DNA from: a virus
Length of the DNA: 35,269 nucleotides
Virus record (IMG/VR): IMGVR_UViG_3300045988_159128
Reading direction: 5' to 3' (one strand)
The notes below the pieces were generated by a model that did not search any database, was not told the DNA's origin, and saw nothing but the letters and a program-made list of their open reading frames with translations. Position 1 is the stretch's first letter; each line of letters opens with the position of its first letter. Positions 28,053 through 35,269 of this stretch are shown here, one piece after another. The translations under genes and the position numbers were made by a program.

Positions 28053-28478
28053 CTAATACTCTCCTATTTGAACTATAACTTTTGGTGTCTTGGCATACTT
28101 TTTAAAAATTCTTACATCTGTAATTTGTGAGTCATCTTTGAAAGCAAATTTATTTAGTGCATCACTAACTATTTTTCCTATATTGTCCCAGTCAGGTTTC
28201 TTTGTTGGACTTATTGCTCCACAAAGCATTTCAGCTTCTTTCTTTTTGCTTGTACTTTTAGGAATTTCAAAATAGGCTATAATTGTCATAGTTACTCTGC
28301 CCTCAATTGGTTTGTATTGTGGATATTTATATACAAAAATCTGTCTTACCAAATATTCATAATTTTTTGTTTTTGTTGGTGTATATGCCCTTCCTGTATA
28401 TGTATTCATTCGTGGTCTAGCTTTTCCAGTTATACTTTCCTCTATTTCAATTTCATATTTTAATTTCATTTGTACCAC
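28053..28478 (-). CDS. rusA: RusA-family Holliday junction resolvase
   Basis: ARPRMNTYTGRAYTPTKTKNYE...PTKKPDWDNIGKIVSDALNKFAFKDDSQI. Confidence 0.92.
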   Translation of the reverse strand: MVQMKLKYEIEIEESITGKARPRMNTYTGRAYTPTKTKNYEYLVRQIFVYKYPQYKPIEGRVTMTIIAYFEIPKSTSKKKEAEMLCGAISPTKKPDWDNIGKIVSDALNKFAFKDDSQITDVRIFKKYAKTPKVIVQIGEY

Positions 28479-28486
28479 CTCTTTAT

Positions 28487-29032
28487 TTACTTTTTTCCTG
28501 CATCCATTTTTTTGATTTCTTTATCAATTAATTCTATATCTCTTCTTATATATTGTTCTTGCATTTTTACTTCGCTAAGTGAATGTATTAAAGCATCTTT
28601 TTGTCCTATCAAATATAATTTTTGACCATTTATTTGGTTTGAAACTAATTGTATTTGATAACATACTTCTCTTATTTCAATAAATATTTCGTTTGTTGTC
28701 CACTTTTTGCCACCTGTTCTACACAAAATTGGATATTTCTCCTCAAATCCTATGTAATCTCCATAGTGTGCATAGTCCCAACCTATATACCAGCCTTCTG
28801 TTGCTTTTTCATTTCCTATGTGTAATCCCTCTTCTGAATAAGTAATTCCTCCATGGACATTTATATCTATTTCACTTATTTCTTTCCCATAAAATTTATT
28901 GTTTTTAGGAATTCTAACATATGCTGTTGGATGTGTTCCTAAATTTAAAATATAGTATAATAGTCCAAAACATGTTCCTGTTTCTAATATTTCTATTTTT
29001 CTATCTGCTTGATATATCATTTCCTTTCTCAT
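28487..29032 (-). CDS. Hypothetical protein
   Basis: 181 aa ORF. Confidence 0.55.
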   Translation of the reverse strand: MRKEMIYQADRKIEILETGTCFGLLYYILNLGTHPTAYVRIPKNNKFYGKEISEIDINVHGGITYSEEGLHIGNEKATEGWYIGWDYAHYGDYIGFEEKYPILCRTGGKKWTTNEIFIEIREVCYQIQLVSNQINGQKLYLIGQKDALIHSLSEVKMQEQYIRRDIELIDKEIKKMDAGKK

Positions 29033-29450
29033 ATCTCATCTCTCCTTCAAAAATTTTTTCTCCAATTTTTAATTTAAATATTGGTTTTATGTTATAGCAT
29101 TCTAAAAACACCATTAAGCCAATCATTGTTCTATATTTGTATTTTTCCATATATTCTTGGTGCATCTTATTAGCCTTATTTCTTTGATACCCTTTACTCA
29201 TAATTAATTTTATAAATCGTTTCTTTTTCATTGTTTTAGGCATTACGATCAAGTTTAATTCTCCTGAATATTCTTCTTCCCCTATTTCAGCAAAAGCTAC
29301 ACATTCATTTTTAATTCCACCTTTAGCATATTTAGGACATCTACTTTCTTCATCAGTTAAACCAAGTTGTGCTTTTCCTAATGGCTTCATTTCTCCACTT
29401 AATCCATTTACTGCATAAAATACAGCTTTTAAATCGCTATCTTCTCCCAT
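29001..29450 (-). CDS. Hypothetical protein
   Basis: 149 aa ORF. Confidence 0.55.
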   Translation of the reverse strand: MGEDSDLKAVFYAVNGLSGEMKPLGKAQLGLTDEESRCPKYAKGGIKNECVAFAEIGEEEYSGELNLIVMPKTMKKKRFIKLIMSKGYQRNKANKMHQEYMEKYKYRTMIGLMVFLECYNIKPIFKLKIGEKIFEGEMRYEKGNDISSR

Positions 29451-29738
29451 TTATTTCTCCTTTTCCAGTTCTTTCAATGCAGGTTTTAAACATTTACTAC
29501 ACAATGCTAATTTTAATTCTCCTCTTCCTGTAATAGTGTGTGGTATTATTGCAATTCCGCCCATCATTTCATGTCTTTTTTCTTTTATTTCTATTTCTGC
29601 TCCGCAATAATCACATTTATAAAAGTCATACTCTTTTCTCTTCTTTGCATTTACCACTGAATTTCCTCTTTCTATTGTTTTCATTTTTGTATATATAGGA
29701 ACCGTAGTCCTGTTATATAAAATATCTAAATTGCTCAT
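29451..29738 (-). CDS. Hypothetical zinc-ribbon protein
   Basis: 95 aa, YKCDYCGAEIEI...LCSKCLKP. Confidence 0.55.
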   Translation of the reverse strand: MSNLDILYNRTTVPIYTKMKTIERGNSVVNAKKRKEYDFYKCDYCGAEIEIKEKRHEMMGGIAIIPHTITGRGELKLALCSKCLKPALKELEKEK

Positions 29739-30665
29739 AATACTGCCCCCATTTCTATTGTATAGGCATCATATTGTGTACTTAACTCTGTTTGTCCTAT
29801 TGCAGATAAAATACATTTTTTAAAATATTCCTTTGGTTTTTGAATTACAGTCTTCGTATTTGCTATTGAGTATTGTTTCAGTGCATATAATAGTTTTTTA
29901 GAGTTCATCTCTTCGACTTTTTTCTTAGTTTTTAAATCCATATACATTTCTTTTAATATTTCTTTGATTTCGATAGCAAGAGCAGGATCCAAAACATGTA
30001 ATTCACAATTTTGTATAATTCTCTCAAATTCCATCTTGTCTATCTCATCCATCTTAGTTTTTGTTTTTTCTTCTTCTGGATCAGAATGATAGATAGATTT
30101 AATTTTATTTAATTTAATTTCATTTAATTTGATTTGATTTAATTTGCATAATTTTGCATATACTTTTTTGAGTTTTGCATTACATTTGTATCGTTTTTTA
30201 TATGCACTTGCATTGCTTTTGCAATAATTTTTTATGCTTTTGCATTTTCTTGTATTTTTTACTGGTTCTGTGTTTTTTTCTTTATTCCATCTTGCATTTG
30301 CTGCTCGTTTTCTTTTTTCTTTTAAGTCTTCATATTTTTCCATTCTTCTAATAAAACTTTCAGACCAAAACATACCATCTTTTGAAGTAAATAATCCGTT
30401 TCCACTTTCACTGTCTTTATATTCGTTAATACAATCATTTATATATTGCTCTACATCTATTGTTGTGTTAGTTTGCATTTTTATCGCCCTATATGTATTC
30501 CTATTTAGTGGTAATTTATATGTTGATTCATTCCTTAACATTTCCAAGATTGCCCAATATAGACCATAGCCGTTCTAGTCCATAATCACAACGCATTGAA
30601 AGTATTTTTGGATCCGTTAGTGCATTTGAGTCATGGCTAAAATAATATGCATCTTTGTTTGCCAT
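29735..30665 (-). CDS. Phage replication initiation protein (DUF4373/Lin1244-like N terminus), full length only after a +1 shift at the CGG codon 30572-30570
   Basis: MANKDAYYFSHDSNALTDPKILSMRCDYGLE-G-YGLYWAILEMLRNESTYKLPLNRNTYRAIK...; about 309 aa when joined. Confidence 0.88.
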
Positions 30666-30726
30666 GTGATATACTCCTTTCTAGTATTCGACAAAATCTC
30701 TTGTTTCCTGAAAAACTATTGATTTT

Positions 30727-31095
30727 CTAAGTATTGTCAATTTTATTCATAATTCTATCTATTAATAAAAATAGCAAAGCCTTATTATTAATAGGATAAT
30801 CTGTTTTAAATATTTGTTTTAAATTTAAATCCATATAAGCATAACGCATTGCTCTTTCTACTTTAGCAGCTGTTGTTCTATGCTTTTTGGCTACACTGCA
30901 GTATAAACTCATCATTACAATTTTTCCTTCATCTTCTATGACAAGTGCTAGTGCTGTTTGCCAGTATTTAAATCCTAACAAATTTACTTTAATTCCTATT
31001 TCTTTTAATAATTGCTTTGCTATTTTCTTGATTTGTTCTGATTTTTCATCTTTATTTATATTTTGCCTATTTATTATTTTCTTATCTTTTTCCAT
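30727..31095 (-). CDS. Stand-alone Spo0A C-terminal (Spo0A_C)-like DNA-binding protein
   Basis: IKVNLLGFKYWQTALALVIED...SLYCSVAKKHRTTAAKVERAMRYAYM...DYPINNKALLFLLIDRI resembles the Spo0A effector domain AKKFNTTPSRVERAIRHAIE. Confidence 0.75.
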   Translation of the reverse strand: MEKDKKIINRQNINKDEKSEQIKKIAKQLLKEIGIKVNLLGFKYWQTALALVIEDEGKIVMMSLYCSVAKKHRTTAAKVERAMRYAYMDLNLKQIFKTDYPINNKALLFLLIDRIMNKIDNT

Positions 31096-31369
31096 AGTCT
31101 TTTATTCCCCCTTTCTTAATCGTTCAAGGTATCTTTTGTCCAGTATCACATCGTACTTGCAATTCTTATTGGAATTACAACTTTTCTGTTACATTCATCA
31201 CAGCATCTTTCATCATTTATTGGTTGTGCATTGTTTCCATATCCATCATATTTTTTTCCACAAATGCTGCATATATGTTCATCTATTTTCAACATTTTTC
31301 TTGCCCTTTCTTACTTTCTGTGATAAAATATATAAAGAAAGTATTTTTATAAATATTTTTGTGAATCAT

Positions 31370-31522
31370 CTATTTTTCGATTTGGTTGTCGGTAGATGGT
31401 TCTTTTTTTAGGTTATCTTCACAGATAAATAAAATTTGTTGTAATATTTCTCTCAATTCCGCTTCGTTGTGAAATTCATCTATATCAGAAATAAGATCTT
31501 TTATATCTTGATATCCTTTCAT
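31370..31522 (-). CDS. Small hypothetical protein
   Basis: Hand-translated 50 aa MKGYQDIKDLISDIDEFHNEAELREILQQILFICEDNLKKEPSTDNQIEK. Confidence 0.5.
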   Translation of the reverse strand: MKGYQDIKDLISDIDEFHNEAELREILQQILFICEDNLKKEPSTDNQIEK

Positions 31523-31600
31523 CTCATTTTCCTCCTTTCAATTGCTTTAATTTATATTGCATTGTAGCCAATGTTATAATGTGCCAAATATAGCATTTAT

Positions 31601-31762
31601 CTAGTTTGTCCATTTGATTTGCCCTTCCTTTCTAAATGTTCCCAATATAACATTTAATGCTTCAACTTCTTTTATTTGTTCTTCTGTTCTCCCCTTTTGT
31701 CTGGGCTTTCCATATCTGTAGCACATATTTTCTAATATATTAACCGCTTCTTCTATATACAT
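31601..31762 (-). CDS. Small hypothetical protein
   Basis: Hand-translated 53 aa MYIEEAVNILENMCYRYGKPRQKGRTEEQIKEVEALNVILGTFRKEGQIKWTN. Confidence 0.5.
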   Translation of the reverse strand: MYIEEAVNILENMCYRYGKPRQKGRTEEQIKEVEALNVILGTFRKEGQIKWTN

Positions 31763-31871
31763 TTACATTTCCCCCAATACCCATTCTAAAGCCTCAATTA
31801 TTGCTGAATGCATTTTTTGTTCTGTTGTTCTATCTTCAAAATTTGTGTTTTTTAAATGTTCTTTATGTTTT

Positions 31872-32117
31872 CTAATTTCTTCTTTTATTTGATTTTCTGT
31901 TTTCATGTTTTTTATTCTCGCTTTCTTCTAAAATTGTTTCTAAAACTAATACTATAATTAAGCCTAATATTGGTATTAAGTATTCTCCTCCATATCCCTT
32001 GTAGCCTCTTATTAATGTTGCATATCCTATTGCTTTTATTGTTAATATAATTGTTGCTATTATTACTAATAGTTCTATTATTCTTACTATAAATTTTTTC
32101 TTATTAATTATCTTCAT
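31872..32117 (-). CDS. Hypothetical membrane protein
   Basis: 81 aa, two hydrophobic segments. Confidence 0.5.
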   Translation of the reverse strand: MKIINKKKFIVRIIELLVIIATIILTIKAIGYATLIRGYKGYGGEYLIPILGLIIVLVLETILEESENKKHENRKSNKRRN

Positions 32118-32418
32118 TTTCTTCTTCCCCTTTCATTTGGTTTACATTCATTCTTTTTAATTCAAAATAGATCATACTTAAAATAGTTTCTTTAGGATTA
32201 TTTTTGATTTTTACACCTTGAATATATAATCTTGCTGCCTCTTTATCTGCCCTGCCTATATTTCCAATATCTGATTTTGGTATTTTAGGAAAATCAGGTT
32301 TATCAAAAATATTCCTAGCACTTACAATTCCTATTCCTAGTATTTTGGATAATTCTTTAGGTGATATTGTATCTGGTGCTTCATCCCAAGTCATTGTTGG
32401 TTTATTATCAACCCTCAT
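32104..32418 (-). CDS. Excisionase-like helix-turn-helix protein
   Basis: ISPKELSKILGIGIVSARNIFDKPDFPKIP...GRADKEAARLYI. Confidence 0.6.
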   Translation of the reverse strand: MRVDNKPTMTWDEAPDTISPKELSKILGIGIVSARNIFDKPDFPKIPKSDIGNIGRADKEAARLYIQGVKIKNNPKETILSMIYFELKRMNVNQMKGEEENEDN

Positions 32419-32487
32419 AAATAATCACTCCTTGTTTTGTGTGTCGTTCCGCATTTTTTAATTCTTTCATATTATTTCCTTTCTTTT

Positions 32488-32504
32488 ACTGAATTTTATT
32501 CAGT
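32488..32504. promoter_or_regulatory. Operator-like palindrome ACTGAATTTTATTCAGT, copy 1
   Basis: Perfect copy of 32734-32750. Confidence 0.55.
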
Positions 32505-32711
32505 TTTTTCTTCAAAAAAATAACTATAAACATCTTGCTCAGATATTTCCAAAACTTTAGCTGCTCGTTTTATTTGCTCTGTATCAAAAAATGATAGCCC
32601 TTTGAATTTTCCACTAAGTGTTGGTGCTGACATGCCAATTAATGCAGCAAATTCTTTTTCTGAAAAACTTTTTTCCTTAATTCTTCCTCTTAATTTAGAA
32701 TAGTCTGGCAT
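32496..32711 (-). CDS. Cro-like XRE regulator
   Basis: 71 aa, KSFSEKEFAALIGMSAPTLSGKFKGLSFFDTEQIKRAAKVLEIS. Confidence 0.85.
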   Translation of the reverse strand: MPDYSKLRGRIKEKSFSEKEFAALIGMSAPTLSGKFKGLSFFDTEQIKRAAKVLEISEQDVYSYFFEEKTE

Positions 32712-32733
32712 CCTAATCCCCTCCTTTCTTTTT

Positions 32734-32750
32734 ACTGAATTTTATTCAGT
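32734..32750. promoter_or_regulatory. Operator-like palindrome ACTGAATTTTATTCAGT, copy 2 (third copy with one mismatch around 32796-32810)
   Basis: Located in the divergent cro/cI intergenic region. Confidence 0.65.
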
Positions 32751-32757
32751 TTTTATT

Positions 32758-32786
32758 ATAATATCTTAACATCTTTCTTTTGTCAA
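32758..32786 (-). promoter_or_regulatory. Cro-side promoter TTGACA-17-TATTAT
   Basis: Consensus -35 with near-consensus -10 on the minus strand. Confidence 0.6.
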
Positions 32787-32835
32787 TACTTTTTTTGAAT
32801 TTTTTTCAGTTTTTTTTATTTTTATTAAAATTTTA

Positions 32836-32864
32836 TTGACTTTTATTAAGTTTTTTTTTATAAT
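32836..32864 (+). promoter_or_regulatory. Repressor promoter TTGACT-17-TATAAT
   Basis: Near-perfect sigma-A promoter just upstream of the repressor RBS. Confidence 0.7.
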
Positions 32865-32885
32865 AGTAAATAATAATTGTAGGAG

Positions 32886-33512
32886 GTGTGCAATTTGGAA
32901 GATACATTTGCTAATAGATTAAAGAAAATACTAGAAATAAGAAATATGAAACAAGTAGAATTATGTGAAAAAACCAAATTAAGTAGTGGTTTAATAAATA
33001 AATATTTAAAAGGTAAAGCATTTGCTAGACAAGACAAACTTTCTATTTTAGCCGATGCATTAGATACTAATGAAGTTTGGTTAATGGGTTATAATGTTCC
33101 TATGGATAAAAATTACGGAAAAACAAAAGTTGCAGAAATAGATGTTATAAATCTTTCTACTAATGAAATTATCCAAAAGATTCCATATTCTTATCGAACC
33201 GATATTGCTGCAGATGATCCAAAAAACTTTTTTGCAATACATGCAACTGATAATTCTATGGCTCCGCTTCTTGATGTTGGGGATATAGCAATAATAAAAA
33301 AATATAAGGAATTTTCAAATAGAAAGACATATTTATTGAAAATAAAAAATAGCGATCCTATTATTCGTAAAGTTATTCAAGCTGATGATGGCAAAATAGA
33401 ATTGCAAGCTATGAATATGTGGAACTTCCCTACTCAATATGATTTAACTATGGATGATATTGAAATCTTAGGAGAAGTTATAAAAGTAGAAAATAATAGT
33501 GCCTTTAAATAG
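32886..33512 (+). CDS. LexA/CI-type phage repressor (XRE HTH plus S24 peptidase)
   Basis: N-terminal HTH NMKQVELCEKTKLSSGLINKYLKG; C-terminal FAIHATDNSMAPLLDVGDIAIIKK. Confidence 0.93.
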   Translation: MCNLEDTFANRLKKILEIRNMKQVELCEKTKLSSGLINKYLKGKAFARQDKLSILADALDTNEVWLMGYNVPMDKNYGKTKVAEIDVINLSTNEIIQKIPYSYRTDIAADDPKNFFAIHATDNSMAPLLDVGDIAIIKKYKEFSNRKTYLLKIKNSDPIIRKVIQADDGKIELQAMNMWNFPTQYDLTMDDIEILGEVIKVENNSAFK

Positions 33513-33668
33513 AATTATATAAATAAAAAGGATAATGTGTTTCATTTTTTGCGGAACGACACACATTACCCAAGAATGTAAACACTTCGAAAAGTGAATA
33601 CTTTTATATTATATATGAAAGACTTTCATTTTTCAAGTGGATTTTAAAGAAAAATGGAGGTTTTTTTT

Positions 33669-35067
33669 ATGAATAATACTGGTACTCGTAGAGCCAACGG
33701 AGAAGGTTCTATTTACGATACTATACAAAAGATAAAAAGACCAAAAAAGTTAGGTCATGAATGCGAAATATGTAAAAATTGTACTGATAGATCTTTATGC
33801 AATAATAGAACTGGTACTAATAAATGTCAAAAATGTATTGAATGTACGGATTGTTTAAAAAGTAATACTTATTGTGACCGCTTCTATTGTTATTTTAGAT
33901 ATCAGGCTCAAATCTCAATAGATAAAAAACAAACTACTGTTGCAAATGAAAATAAGAAAAGAGCAGCTGTAGATAAAAAATTAGAAACCGAAGCAAAAGT
34001 TCAAACTAAAAGCTATGTTAAGAAAAATGGCATTACTATTATTGATGTATGTAAAAAAATTGGAAATACTAAATTTGAAGCAGGAAAAATTATAAAGAAT
34101 ACCAAAGACAAAGATAAATATCACTATAATTATATTCAAAATTGGGATGATTTCAAAAAACCCGTTCAAAAGGTGACTTATACTGAAATTCAAAATTTTC
34201 TAAATTCAATAAGGCATTTATCTCAACGGAGAAATAGATAAAATAGTAGCAAAATTGAAAGCAGGTTTTATGCAATGTGTTCTTGATAAAATAATAGCAT
34301 ATCCAGATAACCCTATGCTCAGAGTATATACTCCTGTTTCATTGCAAAAGAAAGAACCTGTGCAAGCATTTGAAATAGATGAGCAAAGAAAACTAATTAA
34401 ATATTTATTAACACAACCATTGGTCAAAAGTTCAAGATGTAAATATGATGAAAGAACTTTAAGAAATTTATTTATATGTGCTTTACTCTCTGCTGCAAGA
34501 ATAGGAGAATTAGGTGCTATTCTTATTGATGAGAATATTGACTTAACTGCTAATGGGTTCATTATCAATAAAACTCTATCCAGTGATGATGGAAAAATAG
34601 TTATGGGAGAAACTACAAAAACTGGTCGAAGAAAAATAGAACAAGGATTACTAGATGAGAGGTTTGTTCCCTTCGACATATTCGATGATGCACTCATGCT
34701 AAAAGTAGTAAAAGACCAAATAAAAAATGCTAAGTCTAATCCTTATAATAAAAATGGACTATTATTTTGTCAATTAGATGGTAGCTATCTCGATCATCGT
34801 TGTATAAATAATATCTTCAAAAGGATTTGTAGAGAAGCTGGTGTCAAACCTCAACTTACCAAAGGATGCCATACACACATGTGTAGACATACTGCTGTTA
34901 CTAGAATGATTGAAGCTGGAATGGATCTACTTGTTATTGCCTCTATTCTTGGTCATGTGGATGATAGACAAATAAAAGAAACTTATGGTCATATACTTGC
35001 AAGATATAGAAACAGACAATTGAAAAACTGCCGTGTTTACTCTAAAAAGATGAAACTTTGTGCATAA
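33669..35067 (+). CDS. int: Tyrosine-type phage integrase, full length only after a +1 shift at the CGG codon 34227-34229
   Basis: N half RRANGEGSIYD...YCYFRYQAQISID with Cys-rich insert; C half AARIGELG, HMCRHTAVTRM, GHVDDRQIKETYGHI (R, HxxR, H, Y). Joins as ...SIRHLSQ-G-EIDKIVAKLKAGFMQCVLDK..., about 465 aa. Confidence 0.93.
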
Positions 35068-35068
35068 A

Positions 35069-35090
35069 ATTACATTAAAATTACATTAAA
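35069..35090 (+). promoter_or_regulatory. Integrase arm-type sites, integrase side (ATTACATTAAA x2)
   Basis: Two tandem 11-bp copies directly after the int stop codon; same motif as 263-325. Confidence 0.7.
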
Positions 35091-35150
35091 ACTTTTTTAA
35101 ATCTAAAAAAAGTCTTTGTGTTTAGTGCATTTGCGGGTTATCATTACCGA

Positions 35151-35162
35151 CTACCCGCTCCA
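35151..35162 (+). repeat. Prophage core direct repeat, right copy (CTACCCGCTCCA)
   Basis: Identical to 108-119. Confidence 0.85.
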
Positions 35163-35269
35163 TAAGATAAAATCGTCGCACCAATGTGACGTTAATGATT
35201 AAATCAATCTGAAAAGATTGATTTTTTTGTGCGTTATTGCAAAGAAAGGTGTGATGTGATATGATTAAA

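Noticed and set aside
19324-35067. Three split genes explained as assembly or sequencing errors or pseudogene decay
   Set aside because: Not excluded without reads, but all three breaks have the same signature (NNA-CGG-N, extra C, glycine restored) and CGG is otherwise absent in frame, which random error does not predict. Kept as a refutation test rather than the main explanation.

Overview
The window holds an apparently complete, low-GC temperate siphophage prophage of about 35 kb, probably from a Firmicutes host. It is integrated at the 3' end of a tRNA-Gly gene: a 12-bp core repeat CTACCCGCTCCA lies at 108-119 and 35151-35162, with integrase arm-type repeats inside both ends. On the minus strand, read right to left, the modules are: Cro-like/excisionase-like genes, small early genes, a Spo0A_C-like regulator, a replication protein, RusA, a RinA-like regulator, a CAT-anticodon tRNA, a ParB-methylase, terminase with HNH-kinase, portal, protease, capsid, connectors, tail tube, G/GT, tape measure, Dit, tail proteins, a DGR target, XkdX/XhlA/holin and an amidase with Cpl-7 repeats. 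Two systems stand out. (1) There is a complete diversity-generating retroelement. It comprises an RT, an Avd-like protein, a 95-bp TR and a 95-bp VR with 12 mismatches all at TR adenines, plus a GC-rich hairpin 21 bp past the VR. A stand-alone MutS-domain-I-like protein is encoded nearby. (2) The replication initiator, the terminase large subunit and the integrase are each interrupted in the same way: an in-frame CGG codon sits exactly where a +1 shift restores the protein, and the +1 codon is always glycine (CGGC, CGGT, CGGA). By hand scan I found no other in-frame CGG codon in the called genes. The tRNA-Gly at the attachment site has the anticodon loop CUUCCGA (G37, not the usual A37), so U34-C35-C36-G37 is complementary to the quadruplet CGGN. 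This suggests natural CGGN quadruplet decoding as Gly, gating integration, replication and packaging. Also notable are a canonical -1 frameshift signal (A AAA AAC plus hairpin) between tail genes G and T and putative 0A boxes. All comparisons were made by eye, and no database search was run.
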